A stretch of DNA of 64,000 nucleotides. It comes from a candidate division FCPU426 bacterium (GTDB lineage Bacteria > Oederibacteriota > Muellerivitia > Muellerivitales > Muellerivitaceae). Positions 27,643 through 38,300 of the stretch are shown here, piece after piece. Under the pieces are notes generated by a model that was given only the letters and a program-made list of their open reading frames with translations, was not told where the DNA came from and did not search any database. Both the position numbers and the translations under genes were made by a program. Location: assembly GCA_963847625.1 (NCBI GenBank), contig CAWKAR010000027.1, positions 32,001 to 96,000 on the forward strand, in the 5' to 3' direction. The first letter of the stretch is position 1. Every line of letters begins with the position of its first letter.

Positions 27643-28986
27643 ATGAAATTATTTTTCCAGTTGGTACCAAGAATATCATTTCCTAACTGTATTTCCCCCA
27701 CCGGCTCCCCTCGAAAAAGTAGGCAATCCTGGGCGGCCATCTTCGCCGTTTTTTTCTTCTGGCCCCTCTTTTTAAACGCGCAGACACCGACGCCGGCCTG
27801 CTTCCTGGGCGCGACACCCTGGAATGCCCCCACTGGGTCCGGGAACAATGGAGTGGCCTATGGAGTGGCCGTGGACCTGTCGCGGTACCGCGTTTATTAT
27901 GCCGACCCCTATTACGTGAGCGGGGGCGTCACGGGCGCGGTGTTTGCCCTCGATTACCAGGGCGACCCGGTTACCGGGTTCGGAACCAACGGGATGGTTC
28001 CCTTGCCGGGAGCTTGGGGGGTGGCTATAGGGTATTGTGCTTATGAGGGCTTATACGTGACCCAAAATGGAACAGTCAACAAATTAGACGCCAACGGTGT
28101 TCTGATGGGCGGTGGTTGGCCCACCACCCTTAACAGCGGGGGTTTAAGGAATATCACGTTAGATAGATCGGGTAATGTGTACGTTGTGGATAGTTACACG
28201 ATTTATTCCTTGACCTCAACAGGAAGCCTTAATTCTTCCCTTAGTCCTGTGGATGCCTGGAACCAACCCTCGGGGTTGGTGATGGTTGGCCATGTCTTGT
28301 ATGTGGCGGATACAGTCAACGATAGGATCATGGGCTATCCGGTATCCAATCCGGGGTCTGGGGTGACCATCCTGGACAACGCCGCTACCGAGCTTTCAGG
28401 TTTGGAATCGGCACCTTATGGCCTGGCCCTGGATTCACAGGGCCGTCTTTACGCGGCCATGGGCACCGGCTACGACGTGTTCACCAACAACGGCGTTTCC
28501 TGGAGCCTTTCGTCCTCCAATTTCAACGCCGGTTTGGTGAATGGCTCGTATGGAATCGGCGTGGATGGGTTGGGGGCTGTTTACTTGGCCCCGGTGGGCG
28601 GCTTACAGCTGATGAAGATGGGTCCCTGTTTCTCGCAACAGCAACCACCGCCTCGCTGTACGGCGACACCAACTCCGACGCTTTACTACCAGGGCTCCAA
28701 CCCGCCCGCCCCAGGGCAATGTTTCATCTTTCCTTCACCGGTCCGGGGGGACCACGCCACCCTTGCCTATGACATGGCCGAAAGCGGCCGGATGGACCTG
28801 AAGATATGGACCTATAGCGGGGAATTGGCGGCCGGAATCACGGACCGGAAACCAGCCGGCGTCCAGGAAACGCCCTTCGACCTGACCCGGCTCGCGCCAA
28901 GGATTTATTTCTATGCCGTGACGTTGAGTTACGATTCGGGAAGAATTGAAAAAATCAAACCCCGCAAATTCGCCGTGATTCGTTGA
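27643..28986 (+). CDS. Secreted NHL-repeat beta-propeller protein with T9SS-like C-terminal domain
   Basis: GVAVD/GLALD/LYVAD blade repeats; signal peptide ends NA|Q; tail FPSPVRG...IYFY...KPRKFAVIR. Start chosen from the homologous ATG at 41351. Confidence 0.8.
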   Translation: MKLFFQLVPRISFPNCISPTGSPRKSRQSWAAIFAVFFFWPLFLNAQTPTPACFLGATPWNAPTGSGNNGVAYGVAVDLSRYRVYYADPYYVSGGVTGAVFALDYQGDPVTGFGTNGMVPLPGAWGVAIGYCAYEGLYVTQNGTVNKLDANGVLMGGGWPTTLNSGGLRNITLDRSGNVYVVDSYTIYSLTSTGSLNSSLSPVDAWNQPSGLVMVGHVLYVADTVNDRIMGYPVSNPGSGVTILDNAATELSGLESAPYGLALDSQGRLYAAMGTGYDVFTNNGVSWSLSSSNFNAGLVNGSYGIGVDGLGAVYLAPVGGLQLMKMGPCFSQQQPPPRCTATPTPTLYYQGSNPPAPGQCFIFPSPVRGDHATLAYDMAESGRMDLKIWTYSGELAAGITDRKPAGVQETPFDLTRLAPRIYFYAVTLSYDSGRIEKIKPRKFAVIR

Positions 28987-28992
28987 AGTGTT

Positions 28993-30549
28993 ATGAAAAC
29001 AAGAAAATTATTAAACGGGATCTTTGATAGAGGCTTATCCATGTTTATTTGGAATCCGGAATTGAACCTTACCCACACCTCAAAAAGCTTCCGGGTCTTC
29101 ATGGCAATCCTCTTGCCGGTTTTTTTCCTGGCCGCGCGATCCCCGGCCCAAACCACCCAGACTTTTTATTCCCCGGCGGGCCAGTTGAACTCCCTGGACA
29201 TTAATAATCTTTCCGCCCGCGCCGCTGCCTTGGGGTCGGCCTTCACGGGGCTGGCGGACGACTCCTCCGCCCTCTTCTCCAACCCCGCGGGTCTGGCCTG
29301 GCTGACAAAAGGGGAAATTACCCTGAACAGCCATCTGGGGCTGGCGGATACCCTTCAGGAAACGGCGGTGCTGGGCCTCGCGACCGGGAAATGGGGCGGC
29401 TTTGGGTTGGCCTGCAGTTACCTGGATTATGGCACGATGGAAGGCCGGGATAATTTGGGTTCACTGGCACCCAACTACAGCGCCAACCGGTGGGGCCTGC
29501 AGGAGGGTTGGGGGGTTAAAATCCTGGAGCCGTTGTCCCTCGGCGTGGCTCTGTTGTATTCCAGGGAATCCGTATCGGGAACGGGTTCTTCTTTCTTCGT
29601 CCCCGAGGCGGGCCTCCTTTGGGAACCCCTGAAGAATCTTAGGTGTGGACTGGCTTACGAGTATGGCGGCTGGAGTTCCATCCCCGGAAATTTGGATTCC
29701 TTCCTCAAAGTCGGCGCCTCTTATCTTTTCCGGATCGATCCTTCCTTCCAGCTTCTGGCGGCCTTAGATGATTCCATGGAGTTGAATTCCCTCAATTATT
29801 TCCAAACGGGAGTGGAAGCCTCCTGGAAATCCCGGTATTTCCTGCGGGCGGGATACCGGGGGGCCTTTACCGACAATGAATATGGAGGCTTCTGGGGTTT
29901 TTCCTTCGGAGGCGGTTTGGCACTGGCTGGTTTTAATTTGGATTACGCCTATTTGCCCTACGGGGACCTGGGCAACATGCACCGCTTCAGCGTCACTTAT
30001 CCTTTTGGAATTTTGGGCGGGTCTTCCGACCTTGCCACCCATTCCAAAACGCGTACGGGTGTAAAGGTTTCCGCCGCGGGTGTGGGAAATAAAAGTGCTG
30101 TGCCATCCGGGAATTCCATCGACCCCGGTTCCTATCCGGCATATTCCAGGGGTGCCTCGCCCGCGGCCGAGAACGGGGGAGGACCCAACGGGATTTCAAC
30201 CGGCGGTTCCAACGCTAATCAAGCCTCAACCCAAAGCCCTTCCAAACCCGATGCCCAAAGCACCTCCCAAAACAGCCTGGTCCTTCGCTTTAATATTCCC
30301 CCCGATTTCATGGCTCAAGGGAACGATATGATGGCCCAAAACAGGCCTTCCGAGGCTGTCACCCTTTACCAACAGGCCCTCAAAGAAAACGACCAGAATC
30401 CCCAGGCATGGTGGGTCCTTGGCAAAGCCTATTTCCGGCTCCATCAAAAAAATCATGTCATTCTCTGCTTGGAAAAGGTCTTGGCGTTGAACCCGGAGGA
30501 TACAACCCTTCGGGAATGGCTGGAAAAATATAAGGCCCAAAAGCCCTGA
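28993..30549 (+). CDS. PorV/PorQ (UPF0164, FadL-like) outer-membrane beta-barrel protein with C-terminal TPR domain
   Basis: Signature SARAAALGSAFTGLADDSSALFSNPAGLA and barrel end LDYAYLPYGDLGNMHRFSV, followed by a linker and TPR repeats. The start may be 29041. Confidence 0.85.
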   Translation: MKTRKLLNGIFDRGLSMFIWNPELNLTHTSKSFRVFMAILLPVFFLAARSPAQTTQTFYSPAGQLNSLDINNLSARAAALGSAFTGLADDSSALFSNPAGLAWLTKGEITLNSHLGLADTLQETAVLGLATGKWGGFGLACSYLDYGTMEGRDNLGSLAPNYSANRWGLQEGWGVKILEPLSLGVALLYSRESVSGTGSSFFVPEAGLLWEPLKNLRCGLAYEYGGWSSIPGNLDSFLKVGASYLFRIDPSFQLLAALDDSMELNSLNYFQTGVEASWKSRYFLRAGYRGAFTDNEYGGFWGFSFGGGLALAGFNLDYAYLPYGDLGNMHRFSVTYPFGILGGSSDLATHSKTRTGVKVSAAGVGNKSAVPSGNSIDPGSYPAYSRGASPAAENGGGPNGISTGGSNANQASTQSPSKPDAQSTSQNSLVLRFNIPPDFMAQGNDMMAQNRPSEAVTLYQQALKENDQNPQAWWVLGKAYFRLHQKNHVILCLEKVLALNPEDTTLREWLEKYKAQKP

Positions 30550-30645
30550 AACCAGTCTTTAATGGTAAGCGCCCAATAAACTTATAAAATATTTGGTTGA
30601 AACCTGACAGAGGATTTCACAGAAACGCTTTTAGTTTCTTAAAAA

Positions 30646-30676
30646 TGGAATAAATCGTCAATTTTGACCACTAGTA
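30646..30676 (+). promoter_or_regulatory. ECF-type (autoregulatory) promoter
   Basis: TGGAATAAAtCGtcAATTTTgACCACTAGTA, 27/31 identical to 32271..32301. Confidence 0.7.
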
Positions 30677-30735
30677 ATCACCAAACAGCCATGGAGCGGG
30701 GTGATTATGTTTACAGTGGTTTTAAGGAGATTTCT

Positions 30736-31308
30736 TTGGACGACCGGGAATTGGTTAAAAAACTCCTGGCCAAGGACGAAAAGGCCCAGCACTATTTTTT
30801 CAACACCTATTGGAACAAGCTTTATAAGGCTTGCGTCTATATTTTGGGCCAAAAGGACCATGAGGCCGAGGATTTGGCCCAGGAAGCCTTCATCGTGGCG
30901 CTTCGGAAACTTCCCGAGTTCGAGTTCCGATCCTCCCTCCACCACTGGCTTTTCCGGATCTGCACTTACCTATGCTACGAGCACATCCGCGAGCGCAAAA
31001 AGAAGCTTCTCCGGCTGGAAGAGAACCTGGATAACCTGCCGGGTTCCATCCAGGTGGAGCAGGGACGTTGGAAACAAGAGGAGGCCGACCGGCAAAGGAT
31101 GCTCCAACTGGTGGAGAAGCAGAAGGAACTGCTGGGTGAACCCTGCCGGGGCCTGCTGCGCCTGAGGGACGAAGAGGAGAAAAGCTACGCCATGATCGCC
31201 GAAAGCCTGAGAATCCCCATCGGGACCGTCATGTCCCGCCTAGCGCGATGCAAGGAAGCCCTGAAGCAGTTGGTGACCGGCGCTTTGGAGGAATTGACCC
31301 GTGTCTGA
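30736..31308 (+). CDS. ECF-family RNA polymerase sigma-70 factor
   Basis: Region 2 EAEDLAQEAF...WLFRI and region 4 SYAMIAESLRIPIGTVMSRLAR; TTG start behind AAGGAG. Confidence 0.92.
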   Translation: MDDRELVKKLLAKDEKAQHYFFNTYWNKLYKACVYILGQKDHEAEDLAQEAFIVALRKLPEFEFRSSLHHWLFRICTYLCYEHIRERKKKLLRLEENLDNLPGSIQVEQGRWKQEEADRQRMLQLVEKQKELLGEPCRGLLRLRDEEEKSYAMIAESLRIPIGTVMSRLARCKEALKQLVTGALEELTRV

Positions 31309-32179
31309 TTTGGTTAAAAAATTTTTTCGCGAGGATTTGACCGAGGCCGAGGATAAGGCCTTGAGCGAATCGTTATTGTCCTCGGACGAGGCCGCCGAAG
31401 AGTTTGTGAAAATATCGGAGGAAGCCTACACGCGCTACGGGCTACCGAAAGCCGATTGGGAAGGACCGATTCCCCACACCCTGCTAAAGCCACACGGTGG
31501 AAGCCCCTGGTTCGGGGCGACGATGGTGGTTTTGGGCTTGACCGCCGGTATTGTGTATTGGATTTGTCACCGGCAGGTGACGTCCACTCAGGAAATTTCC
31601 TCACCTGCTTCCACCGTCAAACCTCCTGCGGCAGTCCCGGTGAATAAACCAGCGAGGCATGAAAGCTTTCCTATTAATAGAATACAGAAGGTGATTTCGG
31701 AGACGGGAACAACTCTTCCCAAGGCCGTCCCCGAAGCGTTAAAGTCTCCATTAGCAGCGGTGAAGAAAACAGTTTCAAACGCGGTGCCAAATTTAAGCCA
31801 AGGGATTCCCGCGGCTTCCGAAATCCGTCCGGCCCCATCCGTTCCCAGCCTCCCAGGGCAACAAGCCATCGCTTCAACCGCCGGTTCGCCGGTTCGTTCC
31901 AGCACGACCCCAGTCCATTGGGACCAGGCCAATTCGCAGAATTATTCCAGCCTTTCGGTGGTGGTCCAACAAACTAGGCCTTCGGCCATTGAGGTCAATG
32001 TCCTGGACAGCCATGGGACCCTCATCGACCTTTTGTACCGGGGTTCCTTGGGCATCGGCGACTGGATATTCCAGTGGAACGGTAAACTAGCGGATGGAAG
32101 TCCCGCCCAAGCGGGGTATTACCAGATCGAGGTCAAGGTCGGGGCCTATTCCCAGCGCAAGACCATCCAGATCCACTGA
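31301..32179 (+). CDS. Putative membrane anti-sigma factor with C-terminal FlgD-Ig/CTD-like domain
   Basis: Overlaps the sigma stop codon. Helical cytoplasmic N-terminus, one TM segment (WFGATMVVLGLTAGIVYW), Pro/Ser-rich linker, and tail VLDSHGTLI...WNGKLADGSPAQAGYY...RKTIQIH. Confidence 0.75.
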   Translation: MSDLVKKFFREDLTEAEDKALSESLLSSDEAAEEFVKISEEAYTRYGLPKADWEGPIPHTLLKPHGGSPWFGATMVVLGLTAGIVYWICHRQVTSTQEISSPASTVKPPAAVPVNKPARHESFPINRIQKVISETGTTLPKAVPEALKSPLAAVKKTVSNAVPNLSQGIPAASEIRPAPSVPSLPGQQAIASTAGSPVRSSTTPVHWDQANSQNYSSLSVVVQQTRPSAIEVNVLDSHGTLIDLLYRGSLGIGDWIFQWNGKLADGSPAQAGYYQIEVKVGAYSQRKTIQIH

Positions 32180-32270
32180 CTTTACCGTTTAACCCGTTTT
32201 TCCCGTCATAACATTCCCAAAAAATAAACAGAAATCGTTTTTCGTTTTCCCAAATTTTTTAAATATTTTT

Positions 32271-32301
32271 TGGAATAAAACGGGAATTTTTACCACTAGT
32301 A
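32271..32301 (+). promoter_or_regulatory. ECF-type promoter upstream of the giant NHL protein
   Basis: TGGAATAAAaCGggAATTTTtACCACTAGTA. Confidence 0.7.
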
Positions 32302-32330
32302 GGCGCCCCATATCAACGAAGGAGAATTCT

Positions 32331-35300
32331 ATGAACCGAAATTTGGATATCGACTGCAGTCAATATCTGATTCGCGGGGCGGTCTTCATGGCCGCTCTTT
32401 TATTTTTGTTGTGTTCCCAGCCAGGAAAGGGTTGGGCGCAATACCTTGATGTCCCGGCGCTGACGCCGAATCCCAATTACAAATTTCCACCTCGAGGAAT
32501 ATCGGGAGACCTTTGGGCCGATTTAGTACTCGGCCAAACCGATATCGGGAATATTTCACCCAACCAGGCCACGTCTAATACCGTTTGGAGTGCAGGAGGG
32601 GTTGTGGTGGATGCCCCTCATAACATCTTGTACACTTTTGATGGCTCCAATAACCGCGTTTTAGGTGTCGTAAATATCAGCGAAGCTCACTCAAACTTTG
32701 GGCCAAGCGACCCACCTTGCACCGCCACAATCCTTATAGGCCAACCTGACTTCACCCATACGGGTTGCAATTGGGACGCAAACTTCCAGGATTACCCCAA
32801 CCCGACGCAACCCACATCCTTTTGCCTCTGTGTGATGCCTCAAAATGACAACTCCGTAGCTGAATCATTTCCCACGGCTAATTTGGCTGTGGATTCCAGT
32901 GGCGACCTTTATGTTCCGGATTACTCCAATAATCGCGTATTGCGTTATGATTTTAATGATTTGCAACCAGCCCTTACCCCAGGCGCTGTTGTTACGAAGC
33001 CAGGGGCTAGTCATGTTTGGGGTCAGGGGCCCGTTGGAAATGAATTCTTCACCTCTTTAATCAATTTAGGTGGATCAGCGCCGACTTCATATAGCTTGTC
33101 TTTTCATGGTGTTGCAGGTTATGACTACAATGTTACAACTGCGGGTGTAGCGGTGGATTCCCAAGGCAACCTTTGGGTGGCTGATTTGGGAAACAATAGG
33201 GTTTTGAGGTTTCCCGGCTCGGGTTCGTGCTGTGTGGCTCCTTCAAATGGTGCAGACTTGGTCCTGGGTCAATCGAACTTTAATTTGAATGTCCAGGCCG
33301 GAAATGTGGATGATACCCTCCATATGTCCCGTCCGGTGGCAGTCAGGGTGGATAGCGCCGGAAATGTGTATGTCGCGGATAACCCACCAGCGCCCGGTGA
33401 ACCAAATGGCGCTGCGGGCAGGATTTTGGTTTATGAAGCTACTCCAGCTGTAACTCCTGCTCAATATACTTATGCTTCGTCACCCAGTGCTACTTTAAAC
33501 GCATATTTTTTAGCCCCGAAAGCATTGGAATGGGATGTTCAGAATGGGGTGACGGACGGTTTATGGGTGAGCGACTATCAAGAGCAACAGGTTGTTCTTT
33601 TACCCGTAAGCACTAGTAATCCCTCAAACTTTCTCCCTGCTTCAAAAGTATTATTACGCGATGTGCCCTGGATCGCGACAACCACCCCCACACAGCCACC
33701 TTCAAATTTTACTTGTTCCGGGGTAAGCATTACTTATTCCTATCCAGTAGGTAACCTTCAATCCTCCTGCTCCGGCGTTCCGTATGGAGTAGGCGTCGAT
33801 CAAAATGGTAATGTTTATGTGGGGTTTTCCCAATATTCCAACACGGATGTTTGGCGGTTTCCCAATGCCACCCCCATACCCAATCCCACCCCGGGTTCTT
33901 CCTGGTCAGCCGACTTGGCGGTTTTCAAACCCGCGCAATATAGGATGGTGAATAAAATGGGGTTGGGAAATTTCACTGGTGAAAGCGCCACATATGGAAT
34001 TGCAGTGGCCGATCATTTTACTTCATCCCCGCAAATTATTGCTGCGGATGTCAATCGGCTTTTGTTTTGGAATATTCCGCCGGGTGGCGTGACGGATAAA
34101 ACCAATCTCTACAATGGGAAAAATGCGGATGGGGTTGCGGGCAATCTTTTGGGTGCGGAAACATTTAAAGTGGGGACAAAGGCATTCGGCCGGATGCGTA
34201 CTGATGATGCCATTGTCGCAGCGATGACACCGACACCGAATTTCACACCTATCCCCCATCTTTGGACCTGCAGAGTAGATAATGGAACATTGGAAGTTTA
34301 CCAATTACCTTTGCAACCTTATGCTACGCCGATTGCAACCATTGCTCCCCCCATTGCGGTGTTGGGTTCTTCAAATCTTTTGACATGGGATAAATTAGTT
34401 GGCATCGCAGTGGATCCGCAATTGAATATATGGGTAAGCGATAATACTAACAGTCGTATTTTACATATTCGTAACCCACTAACATCCAATCCGGTTGTGG
34501 ACATAATTCTTGGACAAAACAGCGCTTCCGCAACACAAATCAACCAAGGTCAGGGAGAATACAAAGCGTCCGCGTCAAGTCTTTTTAGCGCTCAAGAAAT
34601 TGCTATGGATCATCATGGAGATTTATTTGTTTGCGACTTTAACCAGGAGTCTAGTGGAAATGGGAGGATTTTGAGATTCGATAAAGCCACGATCCAAAAC
34701 AATTCTAATAAGAATGCTTTATTCGGCATACCGGCATCGGCGGTTTTTGGAAGAAATGGGAATTTCTCCACTGGTTTTGGAGATTGTTTGCCAAATCCAA
34801 CGGGGAATACAAATATGGAAGTTTGCCACGTGGGAAGTTTGGCGTTTAATCAGGACGATAGTTTGATGGTGGTGGGAGAAAACGGTTATTCCAGTAATTG
34901 GTTCCCAGTGGTATTCACCAATCCGACATTGCCTCAAACGGTGTTAACAAGTACTGGGCAGGATTGGCCCGTGACTTATTTACAAGATTTTTATTCCGGC
35001 CCTACAGCTATAACATTCGATAAAGATGGAAACTTATTTGTAGGCGACTATCAGCGCTCCCGTTTACTGGCTTACTACCACCCCTTTCCCTCGCCTACTC
35101 CTACCCTAACCCCCACACTAGGCGTAAATCCCATGTGTACTCCGACGCCAAATTGGGTGAACAATATAAAACCTTATGGGATTGCGGCGAATAATAGCTA
35201 TATTTATGAGGCGGACCAAACAAGCGATTGTGTGAATGTATTTCCTCAAGGGAGTGGAACGGGGTCCCAGATATGTAATAACAATTTGAAAAAACCTTTT

Positions 35301-38300
35301 GGAGTGGCGGCAGATAATAATTATGTTTATGTGACTGACCAAACCCAAAATGAAGTTTTTGTTTTTCCTACTCCTGGTGGAACCCCGATTGCGAGTTGGG
35401 GGATCATTGGAAGCCGTCCAGGAGAGTTTAATAAGCCTTCCGGTATCGCGGTCACAGTCAATACTTCCTCTGTTACTCAAGTTTATGTTGCAGATACAGG
35501 GAACCATCGAATTGAGATTTTTTCATTGGATGGCCAATGGCACGCAAGTACACCCATTGTTTGGGGAACTCCTGGAAATATAGGCCATGGAACATTCAAT
35601 ACTCCAACGGGGATAGCTTTGGATTCCCAAGGTAATATTTACGTGGCGGATTCAACCACGGGTTTAGTTCAGGTTTTCAATCCCCAAAGGGTTTTTCTTT
35701 TCCAATGGGACGCGACGATGGGATCAACAACCCCCTGCGCTGAATTTATAACTATCCAGGGTTGTCTTGTTTTTGTATCAGATGGTCCTGGAAATGGACA
35801 TGGAAATGTACGTGTTTTCCAATTGAACGGTTCACCCGTCAATTCTGTCTCACCTGTCGGTATTTACCCAGGCGGATCAGATACGGAAGGTTTAGCAATC
35901 GGACCTAATTCGGGAACCTTATATGTCGCGGATTTCAGTATTGGAAATATATCTGCATACACAAAATGTTCCTGGCCCACTTGTGTCCCGACGGTCACAC
36001 CTCCAATGACATGGAATCCTGCGACTGCGGTCCCAACGTATATTCCTTCCAATACACCAACAAACATAATTACAGTTTCGCCTACTTTTACAGGCACATT
36101 ATCGACCAACACTCCCACGCCATTTGAAACATTAACTCCAACGAATACATTCACCTATTTTCCAACAAACACGCCCATTAATACTCCCTCGCCCACACCG
36201 GTTTTATGTTCCGTCTCAATTTTTCCTTCCAGCCTGACGCCCTATCCAGTGACCCAGCCTTATGGATTGGCTAGCGATGGGACAAATATATACGTGGCCG
36301 ACCAATTCGCGAATCAAATCATTGAATTGGGTTCCTCGGGGAGTTTTATCAACGAGTTTGGATATGATGGTACAACCAATTATTTAACCGAGCCTTTGGG
36401 AGTGGCTGCGGATGGGAACGGCGTTTATGTTACGGATGAAACTCAAAATGAATTGTTCATCTTTAATACTCATGGTTCAGCGCCTAATGTGACCTATGGT
36501 AGTGAAGGAGGGGGTCTGGGCCAATTCGAATCGCCCGCCGGAATTGCTGTTACTACGGCCAATGGATCAACCACAATCTTTGTAGCGGACCAATACAATA
36601 TGCGGGTTCAGGAATTTACTTGGGCTGGCGGTTCATCCGTCCCTACCCCTGTGGCGCAGTGGGGCAGTGAGGGTATCATGGGGAACGGAACTTTCGTAGC
36701 CCCGACCGGTATTGCCATTGATAATTACTTTGGAACAGGTTACGTATTCGTATCGGATTGGGAAACGGGGTTGGTGCAAGTGTTTAATCCCTTGAACCCG
36801 CCACAGAATCAGTTCATGTGGCAATGGGACGCGACTTTAAATACCCCCCTATTAGGCGCGGAATTTATAGTGCAAAACGGTTGTTTGTTTTACGTTTCGG
36901 ATGGTTTTGGCAATATCGGCGTATTCGACTTATATGGGAATTACCAGGACGCGATCTCGGTTCCAGGTGGTTTCTACAATGTGGAAGGTCTCGCTGCGGA
37001 AGGAGGGTCCCTTTTTGCGGCCGATTACGGATTAGGCCAAATCGATCAAATACAATCTTGTTCTATCCCAACTTGTGTGCCGACCAGCTACCTATCCCGA
37101 ACCCCGACCTTTACACCCATATGGACGCCAACTAATACTCCAACACCTAATTTAACATCTGTCTGCTGTCAAGTCGCAACTGATTGGTTACCTACTCCGA
37201 CTTTCTCAACAGTTATGGGTGTGGCAGTGGATCGGTGGAGGGGTCGTGTTTATGTTGCGGATAATAATGACGGTATCTTACAGGCTATGGATTATTGGGG
37301 AAATCCCATCTCCGGTTTCGCAGGGTTAGAGAATGGCAAATTACCATTGAACAGTGCTTGGGATGTTGCGATGGGGAATTGCGGGAATGATTATGTTTAT
37401 GTTGTGACGCGAGGGGCAAGTGCTGGGGACTCGCTAAACAAATTGAATCCGTCAGGAACACCCGTCGCAACAGCTGTCCTTGGTTCAACAGGCCCTAGAG
37501 CCTTAAATGTGGATAACAATGGAAATGCCTATATTGCAACAGACCAGAACAACATACAAATTTTTAATTCCAATTTAACGCCAGTAGCTACTATCGGCCC
37601 AAACATGGGTAGCTTGGGATCTTTAAGTGCACCATCAGGTTTGGTAAAGTTGGGTCCTAATTTGTATGTTTCAGATACCATGAATAATCGGGTTGTCTTA
37701 TTCCCGGAAACAACACCCAATACCAATATTTATGGGACGCCGACCCCGATTGCGACGATTGGTTATCCATGTGGATTAACCGCGGACTTAAATGGAAATT
37801 TTTACGTGACTACCGATCAGCAAGGGGTCAATGGTTATGATATTTATGATTCGGGATTTAATTTTAAAAGCGCTTGCGCCAATTCACAGATAGTATGGCC
37901 CTTTGGAATCGGAGTCGATGAAAATGGTGCGGCTTATGTGGGTGCGGGAGTCAATGGCGTTGTAAAAATGAAGCCTTGTTATATCCAGTCTCCCGTGCCG
38001 ACTTGTACGACCATTCCTACCAGGACCTATACATCCACACCCACCCCCACGAACATCCTTTATCCCTGCGCCGTATCTTTTACTTTCCCCGCGGGTTACC
38101 CGGAAGGTGTAGCTATGGATAATGCCGGGAGCATTTATGTGGCCGATGAGGACGCGGGCGTAGTGGATGTTTACAACCCCAATTGGAGCTCTACCATGCA
38201 GATAGGCGCCGGTTATTTAACCCAGCCTTTTGGGGTGGCCCTTGATGGAGCGGGCAATATCTATGTCACGGATGTGGCCCAGAAAATGGCATATGAATTC

